From Chrysomallon squamiferum (lineage: Eukaryota; Animalia; Mollusca): DNA of 64,000 nucleotides. Below, one piece after another: positions 12,437-26,011 of the stretch (the stretch's first letter is position 1; each line of letters starts with the position of its first letter). The stretch spans positions 11,842,001-11,906,000 of the forward strand of contig CM022670.1 in assembly GCA_012295275.1 (NCBI GenBank), given 5' to 3'. Made by a program: the position numbers and the translations under genes. Under the pieces are notes generated by a model, which saw only the letters and a list, made by a program, of their open reading frames with translations, was not told the origin of the DNA and did not search any database.

Positions 12437-14005
12437 GAAGACTCGCAGAATGCTTACGCCATCAGTTACGTTGAAAGGTTTTGTTTGTTATACACTAAAT
12501 CTTCTACGAACTTCTCTATCTGTACTCGAGTATGTCATAAACTATCTTACAGATTTTGTTGGTTTGTTGCTCTTTTTTTTTTCTTTCTTTTTTTTTCATC
12601 GGAAATTAAGGTAAAAGGTCTTCTGGCTAACTATTAAACAAATAAAATTACAAACAAAATAATAAAAAGTACAAATTCAAATTCAAATTATGTCACCGAT
12701 CTATTATAAATCGTCATCATTATAATAATAATAAAAATAATAAAAATGATGATGATGATAACTAATACTACTTGAGGAAATGTCTTCAGGTATCCTTGGT
12801 GCCTCTGTTACGTCCCTGGGAATCCCCTTCATGTCGAGATATCAGGGACCGCGCCTTTGCCTCGTTCTCAGACTGCTATCTGCATCCTTACCGAGGAGAG
12901 TCTTCAGTTTGTGATTTGCCTGTAGGAGACTGGTGGAAAGTATTCTGGACAATGAAAGGCACATTTCCAAATGCATGAGTTGCCTCTTTGAAAGGGACGT
13001 TAGATTCAATGCTGGGGTGTGGCAAACAGTACATGGGCGATGTCTACCCGTTCGTTCGGATAATTAAGCTGGATGTCGCAAACAACGTGGAACATTACTC
13101 AGCAGACGAAAACATTCAGAAGATGAGAAATTCAACGTTTGAAAACATTCATGAGAAGAGAAATTCAACATATGAAATCATTCACGAGAAGAGAAATTCA
13201 ACATATCAAAATATTTATGAGAAGAGAAATTCAACAGATAAAAACATTCATGAGAAGAGAAATTCAACAGATGAAAACATTTATAGAAATAAAAATCTGA
13301 CTAGTGACGAAAGGCTAGCTGAGTACGTTGGTAAAATAGCTGACGCTGTTGCTGTCAGAATGGACTGGAAATCGAAAGGCGTTGGGTGGTTTGCTTTTGT
13401 GTCAAACGAGACTGTTCTTGCACAAGTGTTAAACATTTCAATTATCATCGCTGACAGGTTTAAGTTGGACGTTGACGTTTAAATAATAAAAAAAGACATC
13501 TCTAAACCTAAACGAGATAATAGTCGCTTTCAGATGCTGTCAAAAATGGCTCTCATCAAATTGAGATCCAAGCCAATTAAAATCAGTAAACTCGTCATCT
13601 GCCAAGATGTTGAATGTAATCAAATGGAAACGCCCTTCGTGTTAACATCGTCACCGCAAACCACGTTCAATCCAAGAACATCTACATTACCTTCTTCGAC
13701 TTCTGCACAGACTGGTCCAACATCTACATCAACAACTTCTTCGCCAGTAGCAAAAACACAAGTACCAACGTCTTCTGGATCAACTACATCTACGTATCTG
13801 CCAACATCAGCCTACAAGCCAGACGTGTCGTTGTCAACTAAATCAGGCTTGACAATGAAGACATCCCCAGTATCAACAGCATCGATGACAACGGTCCGTG
13901 GTGAAACAATTCAGAATGGTTACTGGACTTTCTCCAAATTTAGGAATCTCTGCTGTCGTTGTTGGTGTCGTATCGGTTCATGTGCTGCACGCTATTTCAA
14001 TCTGA
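12437..14005 (+). pseudogene. B-type pseudogene B3
   Basis: Near-identical to B2 (offset ~6060 bp) with the same TGA and TAA stops. Confidence 0.82.
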
Positions 14006-14784
14006 ACCAAGAACTTTGTAAAATCACTATTATTTTTAATCAAGCTTTATTATACCTTATGCATATTATTACATGTTTAGTGAAGACAGCTTTCCGAAAT
14101 ATTATTGTCAGATTTGTCTGTAATTTAAGTATTGTTTTTAACATCTTTCCTTTTTATACACTTATTTAAAATATTATTTATAAATAAATAAATTTCAGTT
14201 TAATTGTATTCAGTGTTTTATGTTTTTATTTATTTATTTATTTATTTAGTTAGTTTGTTTCTTACTTACTTAATTATCTGGTTATTATTTTAAAGTTTAG
14301 CTGGGGATATATAAAGAACAAATCTAAATATATTCTGAATTCTCTAAAAATGAAAATGTCAGCCAGCCATGTATGTGATGACGTCACGATTTTAGTTACG
14401 AAGTGGTAAAATGACAGCATTTTATTTTATTATAATACTTTTCTAATTAGATAAACATATATGTTTATGGAACATAATTAAATTAAATAAAAGTATTATA
14501 TTTAACAAATGTGTTAATTATATTAACATATTATAATTAATTATTATGTTTAAAATATGTATTAAAGTAATAAAGCGTATTGTATGAAATGAATGTATTA
14601 AATTATATTAAATAAAACAAACAACCACATTAAACTACGGATCTAATTTCTTAGTACACAGGAAGATGTTATCGGATTACTCATGTGACACAGGCAGGTA
14701 CATAAAGATTTTACATTTTTGGGTCTTGTTTGTTGCATACATCTAAGCTTTTGTGAAGAAATCCTTTGATGTTAACAGTAAACA

Positions 14785-16603
14785 ATGTATCAGTCTAGAT
14801 TTACTGGTGCGTTGTTGCTTTTCACACTTTGGTGTATTTTCACTAACTGGAACGTTTGTCATGGAACGTGTAATCCTGACACTGGGCCTTCGGGTTCTGT
14901 GGACTGTTTTTTTGAAACGCCATATTACTCTAAATATCAATGGGGAACCTGTATCACTGACAGCTACATGAAACAGAAGTCTGGTGGAAAACACAGATGT
15001 CGAGATCCAACGGCAACTTACTGTTATTATCAATGTATGCTTGAAGTTCATGGTCCGGACCATGGCCCTGTATATTCTGACTGTCTATGTTCAGGCGGGA
15101 CAAACTCACCAGCCACAGGTACTACAAATACTGGTACTCCCCTAACTACTCTACCGACGGGTCGGACTGTTCGTGGTACAGGCAATGCTTAGAAAAGAAG
15201 TACCCGTGTGAAGACTCGCAGTATGGTTACGCCATCAGTTACGCTGAAAAGTTTTGCAATTTATATACCAAGTCTTCGACCAGCTTCTCTAGCATTGGGC
15301 AGGTAGGTTTGAATCGGTCTCTTTGATTTTCTGTTGAACTTTCTTTTTCTTTTTTCTCTCTTATATTTCACGTTCTTATTTTCGGTGATAACTGAGATTT
15401 TTATTCTTTCGTTTCATTGTTTTCTGATTTCTCACACACTTATCTCCGATCCTTTTCTATTTCCGCTATTATATAATGTCTCATTACAGTTTCGGAATGT
15501 AATGATAATAATTAAAACTGGAATAAATCATAGTTAAGATTATTCGTCTTCTTTTTCTACTTCTACTTCTTATCATCATCTTCATTATCTTCATCAGTAT
15601 CATCGTCATTATCATCATCATTAACATCGTCATTATCATCATCATCATCATTATCACCATCATCATACGATTATCATCATCAATAGTATTGTTATCATTA
15701 TTACAGAAATGGATAAATGCTACGAGGAAATGTCTTCAGGTATCCCTGGAGCCTCTGTTGCGTCCCTGGGAATCTCCTTCCTGTCGAGATATCAAGGTCC
15801 GCGCCTTTGCGTCGCATACAAATTGCTACCTGCATCCTCACCGAGGCGCTCCTTCTATATGTGACTTACCCGTAGGAGACTGGTGGAAGGTATTCTGGAC
15901 AATCAAAAGCGCCTATGTTCAAGCGACGCTGCCAGTTTTCAAAGGAACGTTGGAAACAGTAATCGGGTGCGGCAACCAGTACATGGACGAAGCGTACGAA
16001 TTCATCAGAATAATACGACTACAAGTGACAAACGTGATTAACCGATTCAAAAGGTCTGCTGATGAAAACCCGTTGGACGCTCTGGCCGGGGATGTGGCTG
16101 ATTCTATTGCAGAGCAGCTTGGCTGGAAGTCGAGTGGAGTTGGGTGGTTTGCTTATGCAGAGAACGACACTCTTGAACCAACTGAAAAACAGCCAATCGT
16201 GAACATTTCCATCATTATAGCTGACCAGTCCCAGCTGGATGTCAATGTTAACAGTTCCACGATTTTGAATTTAAATGAAACGGTGGATACTTTGGCGGAT
16301 GCTGTCCAAAGTGGAAGTCTGAAAATTAAAATAAAAGGAAAGTCGGACGAAGTTTCGATCAAGACGATGATGATATGTGTTGACGTTGTGTGTAATAACA
16401 CATACATGATGGTTTTCGGAGCAGCAACTTCTTCTGGATCAAGTACATCTCCTTATCTACCAACATCAAGCTTGACAGTGAAGACATCCCCAGCATCAAC
16501 AGCATCGACTCGGTCCGTGGTGAAATTTTATCCAAATTTAGGAATCTGTGCTGTCGTTGTTGGTGTCGTATCGGTTCATGTGCTGCACGCTATTTCAAGC
16601 TGA
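14785..16603 (+). pseudogene. Gene A2, frameshifted (exons 14785-15302, 15707-16603; RFKR; long tail)
   Basis: 19-bp deletion after 15156 between CCG microhomologies (exon 518 nt vs 537 nt) gives a premature stop at 15192. Splice sites and exon 2 are intact. Confidence 0.8.
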
Positions 16604-17658
16604 ACCAAGAACTTTGTTAAATTATTATTATTTTTATTATGCTTTAATATACTTTATGCTTATTATTACATGTTTAGTGAAGACACCTTATCGAAATATT
16701 ATTGGCTGATTTGACTGTAATTTAAGTATTGCTTCTAACATCTTCCCTATTTAAACACTTATATATAATTTGTAAATATATAAACTTCAGTTTAACTATA
16801 TTTTGAAAATTGCTGTTTTCAGTATTTCTATTTGTTTATTTATTTATTTTATTATTTTTTATTCTTATTTATTTATTTAGTTAGTTATTTAGTTAGTTAT
16901 CTGGTTATTATTTTAAATTATCTCTCTGGAAATATAAAGAACCAGTATAAATATATTCTGAATTCTATAAAAATGCAAATGTCAGTCAGTAATGTACGCT
17001 GTGACGTCACGATTCTTGTTGTAAAGTTATACAATCATAGTATTTACATGATTTGTAACAGTCTTATTATAATACTCGGTTCATAATTATCAAATAATAT
17101 CTTCATAGTTTTCTGATTATATGAATCTATGTTTATAAAACATAAATAAATTTGAAATATGGGCGTTGGAAATTAAGATTTTGACTTAGACTCTGTCGAA
17201 ACCAACTCATTATTTCATTAAATATTAAATTACATACATCGACACAGATACAACAGTGAAACAACACGAATACGAAAGAGCCGGATACGAAAAACCAGTC
17301 AGGTATATAATAAAGTAATAGACATTGCTGGAATGAAGTTTATTTTTACACATTGCTTCGTTTTTTATTTTACGTTTAAATTAAAATAATTTAAAAACAC
17401 GTATGTTTTTTTTTTTTTTTTTTATTTTTTTTAATGTTTTTCTTCTTCTTCTTTTTTTAAATATTTTCTTTTTGAACACTTTTTAAAAATACAATTTGTA
17501 AATAAATAAACTTCAGTTTAATTATATGTAATTTTTTATATTTCTATTTATTTATTTATTTATTTATTTGTTATTTCTTTTTATAATAATAATAATAATA
17601 ATAATAGAACTAACAGTAGTAGTAATAGTAGTATCAACAATAATGTAAAGTACATAAT

Positions 17659-17747
<89 letters not shown>

Positions 17748-18572
17748 GCTGGAATACACTTATTTTAAAGGTGTTATTTTTAAAACGTATTTGAACGTAG
17801 TCATATTGCGGTATTTGATAAGCATGCTGTCAATTATCTTTTATATAAATTATATTGTAACTGCTACTACTACTTAATTATCAGTACTATGAATACTCCT
17901 CAAAAACCCAGAAAAAAACAAGAAAACAAATGACAATATATATATATATATGCAGATATACATAAGCCATCATAGTTACTTTTAATCTTAAATGGGTGGT
18001 GCATTGTGCGAACTTGTGTCCTGGCATGTTGCCCACGACTTATTCACATTTTAGTAACTTTATCAGAGGCGGTATCCTACGCTGAATACCTATAGTTTTG
18101 ACAGATCATCTTCAAGTAACAGTTCAAGTACGCCTTGACCGAAACTTTTAAACTTGTTAGACATTCTTATTTTGTATTTAAAATCAAATCACAATTTAAA
18201 AAAAGAAGAAGAAGAAAAACATAATAAAAACATCGGTGTTTTTAAATTATTTTAATCTTAACGTAAAATAAAAAACGAAACAATGTGTAAAAATATACTT
18301 CATTCCAGCAGTATCTATTACTTTATTGTAATCCACATTATCCGATTGTCTTTAATTAGAGAGCAAAGATAACCTAGTCTGCACTTGCTCTTAATAATGA
18401 AATAAAATATCTAACAATGTATTAGTGGGGTACGATCGTTCTCTTGACATCCCGCTGTCTCTACCTACTCTACGAGTGAAGTGAAATAATCAAATTTTAG
18501 AACGGAATGAAAGAATGAAAGAGAAAAGGATCAACGAAAAGGGTGCCTGAAAGAAAGATGAACAAAGGATGA

Positions 18573-20108
18573 GAAGACTCGCAGAATGCTTACGCCATCA
18601 GTTACGTTGAAAGGTTTTGTTTCTTATGAACTAAATCTTCTACGAACTTCTCTATCTGTACTCGAGTATGTCATAACTATCTTACAGATTTTCTTTGTTT
18701 GTTGCTCTTTTTCTTTTTTCTTTATTTCAATTCTTTTTTTTTTCCTCGGAAAATACGGTAAAAGGTCTTCTGGCTAACTATTAAACAAATAAAATAACAA
18801 ACTAAATAATGAAAAATACAAATTCATATTCAAATTATGTCACCGATCTATTATAAATCGTCATCATTATAATAATAATAAAAATAATAAAAATGATGAT
18901 GATGATAACTAATACTACTTGAGGAAATGTCTTCAGGTATCCTTGGTGCCTCTGTTACGTCTCATGTCGAGATAACAGGGACCACGCCTTTGCCTCGTTC
19001 TCGGACTGCTATCTGCATCATTACCGAGGAGCGTCTTCAGTTTGTGATTTGCCTGTATGAGACTGGTGGAAAGTATTCTGGACAATCAAAGGCACCTTTC
19101 CAAATGCATCAGTTGCCTCTTTGAAAGGGACGTTAGATTCAGTGCTGGGGTGTTGCAAACAGTACATACCCGTTCGTTCGGATAATTAAGCTGGATGGAC
19201 ATTACTCAGCAGCCGAAAACATTCAGGAGATGAGAAATTCAACGTATGAAAACATTCACGAGAAGAGAAATTCAACATATGAAAACATTTACGAGAAGAG
19301 AAATTCAACGTATGAAAACATTCATGAGAAGAGAAATTCAACAGATGAAAACATTTATAGAAATAAAAATCTGACTAGTGACGAAAGGCTAGCTGAGTAC
19401 GTTGGTAAAATAGCTGACTCTATTGCTGCCAGAATGGACTGGAAATCGAAAGGCGTTGGGTGGTTTGCTTTTGTGTCAAACAAGACTGCTCTTGCACAAG
19501 TGTTAAACATTTCAATTATCATCGCTGACAGGTTTAAGTTGGACGTTGATGTTCAAGTCAAAAGACAAACATCTCTAAACCTAAACGAGATAATGCAGTC
19601 GTTTTCAGACGTTGTCAAAAACGGTTCTCTTCAAATTGACGTCGATGGGTCCAAGCCAATTAAAATCAATAAACTCTTCATCTGCCAAGATGCTGAATGT
19701 AATCAAATGGAAACGCCCTTCGTGTTAACATCGTCACCGCCAACCACGTTCAATCCAAGAGCATCTACATTACTTTCTTCGACTTCTACACAGACTGGTC
19801 CAACATCTACATCAACAACTTCTTCACCAGTAGCAAAAACACAAGTACCAACGTCTTCTGGATCAACTACAACTACGTATCTGCCAAAATCAGCCTACAT
19901 GCCAGACGTGTCGTTGTCAGCTAAATCAGGCTTCACAATGAAGACATCCCCAGTATCAACAGCACCGATGACAATGTCACTGTCGACTCGGTCCGTGGTG
20001 AAACAATTCAGAATGGTTACTGGACTTTCTCCAAATTTAGGAATCTCTGCTGTCATTTTCCTAACATCTTCCCTATTTAAACACTTTAAAAATATATATA
20101 ATTTGTAA
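18573..20108 (+). pseudogene. B-type pseudogene B4
   Basis: Exon-1 remnant, no acceptor, 14-bp and other deletions. Retains the longest B reading frame (19230-20108). The 3' end is fused to UTR sequence by a deletion. Confidence 0.75.
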
Positions 20109-20588
20109 ATAAATAAACTTATGTTTAACTATATTTTGAAAACTACTGTTTTCAGGATTTCTATTTATTTATTTATTTACTTATTTATTTATTTATTTAT
20201 TTCATTTTATTTTATTTTTATTTTTTTTATTATTTATTATTTATTTAGTTAGTTATTTAGTTATCTGGTTATCATTCTAAATTATCCCTCTGGAAATATG
20301 AAGAACAAATATATATTCTGAATTCTATAAAAAAAATGCAGCCATGTATGTGGTGACGTCATGATTCTAGTTGTAAAGTTATAAAATCATAGTATTTACA
20401 TACTTTGTAACATCTTATTATAATACTCTGTCCATAATTATCAAATAATAACTTCATAGTTTTCTGATTATATGAATCTATGTTTATAAAAAATAAATAA
20501 ATTTAAAATATAGGCGTTGGAAATTAAGATTTTGACATATTAAATTACATACATCAACACAGATGCAACATTGTAACAACACGAATAT

Positions 20589-20902
20589 CGTTTAAATTAA
20601 AATAATTTAAAAACACGGATGTTTTTTTTTATGTTTATCTTCTTCTTCTTTTTTAAAATTGTGTTTTGATTGTAAATACAAAATAAGAATGTCTAACAAG
20701 TTTAAAAGTTTCGGTCATGGCGTACTTGAACTGTTACTTGAAGATGATCTGTCAAAACTATAGGTATTCAGCGTACGACACCGCCTCTGATAAAGTTACT
20801 AAAATGTGAATAAGTCGTGGGCAACATGCCAGGACACAAGTTCGCACAATGCACAACCTGTTTAAGATTGAAAGTAACTATGGTGGCTTGTGTATATCTG
20901 CA
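20589..20902 (-). repeat. Inverted copy of the spacer/D-relic segment 17951-18263
   Basis: Reverse complement readable directly, e.g. GTCGTGGGCAACATGCCAGGACACAAGTTCGCACAATGCA vs TGCATTGTGCGAACTTGTGTCCTGGCATGTTGCCCACGAC. Confidence 0.9.
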
Positions 20903-21291
20903 TCTGCATCAACAACCTCTTCGCCAGTAGCAAAAACACTTGAATGACCTTCATCCAGATCGACTACTTCCTTGCCTGTGCCATCTGCACCTACACCAAG
21001 AACCTCTTCGTCAGCAGCAAAAACACATGAGCCAAATTCCGGATCGACTACTTTCTTGCCTGTCCCATCTACATCTACGTATCTGCCAACATCAGCCTAC
21101 AAGCTAGACGTGTCGTTGTCAACTAAATCAGGCTTGACAATGAAGACATCCCCAGTATCAACAGCATCGATGACAACGGTCCGTGGTGAAACAATTCAGA
21201 ATGGTTACTGGACTTTCTCCAAATTTAGGAATCTCTGCTGTCGTTGTTGGTGTCGTATCGGTTTCATGTGTTGCACGCTATTTCAAGCTGA
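20903..21291 (+). pseudogene. Orphan S/T-stalk and tail fragment C1
   Basis: Homologous to the B stalk/C-terminus (STSTYLPTSAYK…NLGISAVVVGVVS). Contains a stop and frameshifts and has no 5' part. Confidence 0.7.
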
Positions 21292-22589
21292 ACCAAGAAC
21301 TTTGTAAAATTACTATTATTTTTTATTATGCTTTATTATACTTTATGCACATTATTACATGTTTAGTGAAGACAGCTTTCCGGAATATTATTGTCAGATT
21401 TGTTTGTAATTTAAGTATTGTTTTTAACATCTTTCCTTTTTATACACTTTTTTAAAATATAATTTGTAAATAAATAAATCTCAGTTTAATTATATTTATT
21501 TTTTATATTTGTATTTATATATTTATTTATTTAGTTACTTAGTTAAGTATTTTAAAGTTTACCTGTGGATATATAAAGGACAAATCTAAATATATTCTGA
21601 ATTCTGCCAGCCATGTACGTGATGACGTCACGATTTTAGTTGTAAAGAGGTAAAATGACAGCATTTTATTTTATTGTAATACTTTTCTGATTAAATGAAC
21701 GTATATTTATAAAACATAATTTAAATAAAGAACCGTGTTAATTATATTAATTTATTATAATTACTTATTTGTTTAAAATACGTATTAAAGTAATAAAGCG
21801 TATTGTATGATATTAACGTATTAAATAAATAAATAAATAAATAATACAAAATGTACCTAAACTCGTAATAGAAATAATGTAGCTGTAGAAAAATGTTTTC
21901 ACTCAAATGAATATTTATTGATTAAAAAACAGATAGTTAAAAAAAAAAAGAGAGAGAAAAAAAAAGGAAAAAAGATAAACAAGAAAAGTAAAGTAAAAAG
22001 AAGAAGTTGTATTTAAGGTGTAAAAATATCTTAAATTTAACAAAATACCTTAAATTTCACGATCGTAATAAATATTAATAAAAATTAAATAAACGTTTTA
22101 ATTTATTAAAGTATTCTTATGAGATACGTAAAATGTAACATTGAAAATGTAGAGCGAAAATGTTTAATGAAAGATAAATATAGAGAATTTCATGTCAGAA
22201 AATATGGGCGTTGGAAATTAAAATGTATAAATCATTCATTTTGACTTAGATTCTGTTGAATTGAACACATTATTTCACAAAATATTAAATTATACACTGA
22301 AACGACACGATTACGAACCATCCGGATACGAATTATCAATAAGTAAGTAAAAAACAGGACACCTACAACGCTATTTTGTTGTGCTGTTTTGCATTGACAT
22401 GAAATCACGCCGACACGCCACATTTCGCAAAAATGAACTAAAGAAAACAACAACAAAATACAAATAAAAAATTATGTATTGCGAAACTGAATCAGCATGA
22501 ATAAATAAAAGAAAAGAAGATAAAGTTAAAAAAAGAAAAGAAAAGAACTGCAGGATGACGTTCTTGCATGATTCATGTTACACACCCAG

Positions 22590-22597
22590 TATAAATA
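22590..22597 (+). promoter_or_regulatory. Candidate TATA box of A3 (also 31907-31914 for A5 and 40004-40011 for A6)
   Basis: TATAAATA ~96-102 nt upstream of the ATG in three paralogs, preceded by an AP-1-like TGA(C/T)TCA. Confidence 0.4.
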
Positions 22598-22685
22598 TTC
22601 AGGTACTTAAACATTTTACATTTCTGTTTCTTCGTTATTGTATATGAGCTTTTTTGAAGAAATCCTTTGAAGTGGACAGTAAACA

Positions 22686-23249
22686 ATGTATCAGTCTAGA
22701 TTTACTGGTGCGTCGTTGCTTTTGACAATTTGGTGTATTTTCACCAACTGGGACGTTTGTCTTGGAACGTGTAATCCTGACACTGGGCCTTCGGGTTCTG
22801 TGGACTGTTTTCTTGAAACGCCATATTACTCTAAATATCAATGGGGAACCTGTCTCACCAACAGCTACATTCAACAGAAGTCTGGTGGAAAACACATATG
22901 TCGAGATCCAACGGCAACTTACTGTTATTATCAATGTATGCTTGAAGTTCATGGTCTGGACCGTGGCCCTGTATATTCTGATTGTCTGTGTTCAGGCGGG
23001 TCATCCTCACCACCCACAGATACTACACCCACCGGTACTCTCACATATACTACATCCACCGGTGCTCCCACAACTACTCTACCGCCGTGGTGTTCAAGTC
23101 CCGACGGGTCGGACTGTTCGTGGTACAGGCAATGCTTAGAAAAGAAGTATCCGTGTGAAGACTCGCAGAATGGTTACGCCATCAGTTACGCTGAAAAGTT
23201 TTGTAATTTATATACCAAGTCTTCGACCAGATTCTCTAGCGTTGGACAG
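22686..23249 (+). CDS. Gene A3 exon 1
   Basis: ATG 22686, 564 nt = 188 codons with a longer T-rich linker, donor CAG|GTATTC. Confidence 0.85.
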
Positions 23250-23717
23250 GTATTCGTCTTAATGATCCGGAAAACTTGTTTGAAAATATAAAAAACCATC
23301 AACAAGATTTATTTATTTATGTATTTATTTATTTATCTATTTATCTATCTATCTATTTATTTATTATTTTAAATAGTTTGATTTGCGGCAAACTGTTTTT
23401 CTGTTGTATTTTTATTTATTTATTTATTCATTTTATTATTCATTTTATTCAGATTATTATATTTATAATTTTTATTTTTTATATTTTATTGTTTCTCTCT
23501 TATATTTCTCGTTTTTATTTTTGATGACACCTGATATTTTCATTCTTTCGTTTCATTGTTTTCTTATTCTCATCCACTTTTCTCCTCCTTTTCTATTTTT
23601 TCTGTTATATAATGTCACATTACAGTTTGGATGGTGATGACAAAAATTAAAACTGGAATAAATCATAGTTAAGATTATGGTTCTTTTTCTGTTTTTATAT
23701 TATGATTATTATCATGA

Positions 23718-23763
<46 letters not shown>

Positions 23764-23765
23764 AG

Positions 23766-24551
23766 AAATGGATAAATGCTACGAGGAAATGTCTTCAGGT
23801 ATCCCTGGTGCCTCTGTTACGTCCCTGGGAATCTCCTTCCTGTCGAGATATCAAGGTCCGCGCCTTTGCGTCGCACACAAATTGTTACCTGCATCCTTAC
23901 CGAGGCGCTCCTTCTATATGTGACTTGTCCGTAGGAGACTGGTGGAAGGTGTTCTGGACAATCAAAAGTGCGTATGTTCAAGCGACACTGCCAACTTTGA
24001 AAGGAACTTTGGAAACAGCAATCGGGTGCGGCAACCAGTACATGGACGAAGCGTACGAGTTCATCAGAATAATACGACTAAAAGTGACAAACGTGATTAA
24101 CCGATTCAAAAGGTCTGCTGATGACAACCCGTTGGACGCTCTGGCCGGGGATGTGGCTGATTCTATTGCAGAGCAGCTTGGCTGGAAGTCGAGTGGAGTC
24201 GGGTGGTTTGCTTATGCAGAGAACGACATTCTTGAACCAACTGAAAAACAGTCAGTCGTGAACATTTCCATAATTATAGCTGACCAGTCCCAGCTGGATG
24301 TCAATGTCAACAGTTCAACGATTTTACATCTAAATAAAATAGTGGACGTTTTGGCGGATGCTGTCCAAATTGGAAGTCTGAAAATTAAAACAAGAGGAAA
24401 GTCGGAAGACGTTTCGATCAAGATGATGTGGGCGTGTGTTGACGTCGCGTGTAATAACACATACATGATGGTTTTCGGGGAAGCAAGCAGTGTGCATCCA
24501 TCTGTAATCCTACTAATCATGGCGTTGATTAATTTGATGTACGTGTTCTAG
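23766..24551 (+). CDS. Gene A3 exon 2 (spliced product 449 aa; RFKR; short tail)
   Basis: Acceptor (ATT)n ACAG|AAATGG, in frame with ORF 23808-24551. Confidence 0.85.
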   Translation, partial: KWINATRKCLQVSLVPLLRPWESPSCRDIKVRAFASHTNCYLHPYRGAPSICDLSVGDWWKVFWTIKSAYVQATLPTLKGTLETAIGCGNQYMDEAYEFIRIIRLKVTNVINRFKRSADDNPLDALAGDVADSIAEQLGWKSSGVGWFAYAENDILEPTEKQSVVNISIIIADQSQLDVNVNSSTILHLNKIVDVLADAVQIGSLKIKTRGKSEDVSIKMMWACVDVACNNTYMMVFGEASSVHPSVILLIMALINLMYVF

Positions 24552-24912
24552 TTTAAAGGAACAGAAAAAACAATCAGTAGACATCAACGGAAAAAACAGT
24601 TAATACATGAAGAAGAACAGTAGATAATGATTTATTTTTACCAAAAACAGAAATAATTTTCTTTTAATACTTTGAGTTTGCTTCACTGTTAATTGTTAAC
24701 TGTATTGTGATTGTGAATTGTATTTTGTATTATCTTGATTTTGTGAGGGACATTTTTTTGTTTGATTTATTTTAATGCAGTTCTGGATACTAAACTAATA
24801 AAACAGTGTAGAGATATATTCACTAATTAAAATATGCATAATTTTTGCTGCCGTTGTTATTTTCTTGTTTGTTATTACTTTTATAATAATAATAAAAAAA
24901 AAAAAAAAAAAA

Positions 24913-24967
<55 letters not shown>

Positions 24968-25022
24968 TTAGAACTAACAGTAGTAGTAATAGTAGTATCA
25001 ACAATAATGTAAAGTATATAAT

Positions 25023-25133
<111 letters not shown>

Positions 25134-26011
25134 GCTGGAATAAACTTGTTTTAAAGGTGTTATTTTTAACACGTATTTCAACGTAGTCACATTGCGGTAT
25201 TTGATAAACTTGCTGTCAGCTATGCTTTTATATAAATTATATCGTAACTGCTACTACTACTTAATAATCAGTAGTATGAATACTCCCCCAAAACATAAGA
25301 AAAAACAACAAGAAAACAAATAACAATATATATATATATATTACTTAATTTATCTCATGAATGCCTCTTTTCTTAAACTGATTTAAATAACAGGTATACA
25401 CAAGCCATCATAGTTACTTTTAATCTTAAACAGGTTGTGCATTGTGCGAACTTGTGTCCTGGCATGTTGCCCACGACTTATTCACATTTTAGTAACTTTA
25501 TCAGAGGCGGTGTCGTACGCTGAATACCTATAGGTTTGACAGATCATCTACAAGTTACAGTTCAAGTACGCCTTGACCGAAACTTTTAAACTTGTTAGAC
25601 ATTCTTATTTTATAATTAAAATCAAAACAAACTTTAAAAAAAGAAGAAGAAGAAAAACATAATAAAAACATCGGTGTTTTTAAATTATTTTAATCTTAAC
25701 GTAAAATAAAAAACGAAACAATGTGTAAAAATAGACTTTATTCCAGCAGTATCTATTACTTTATTGTAATCCACATTATCCGATTGTCTTTAGTTAGAGA
25801 GCAAAGATAACCTAGTCTGCACTTGCTCTTAATAATGAAATAAAATATCTAACAATGTATTAGTGGGGTACGATCGTTCTCTTGACATACTGCTTTCTCT
25901 ACCCTACTCTACGAGTGAAGTGAAATAATCAAATTTTAGAACGGAATGAAAGAATGAAAGAGAAAAGGATCAACGAAAAGGGTGCCTGAAAGAAGAATGA
26001 ACAAAGGATGA

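Noticed and set aside
19230-20108. 292-aa ORF as a stand-alone gene
   Set aside because: Internal part of B4: no signal peptide, upstream frameshifts, lost acceptor, and a C-terminus formed by deletion into UTR. Translation cannot be excluded but is unsupported.
17951-20902. Composite transposon interpretation of the inverted-repeat cassette
   Set aside because: The arms derive from gene D flank/exon sequence and occur unpaired elsewhere; no transposase ORF or target-site duplication.
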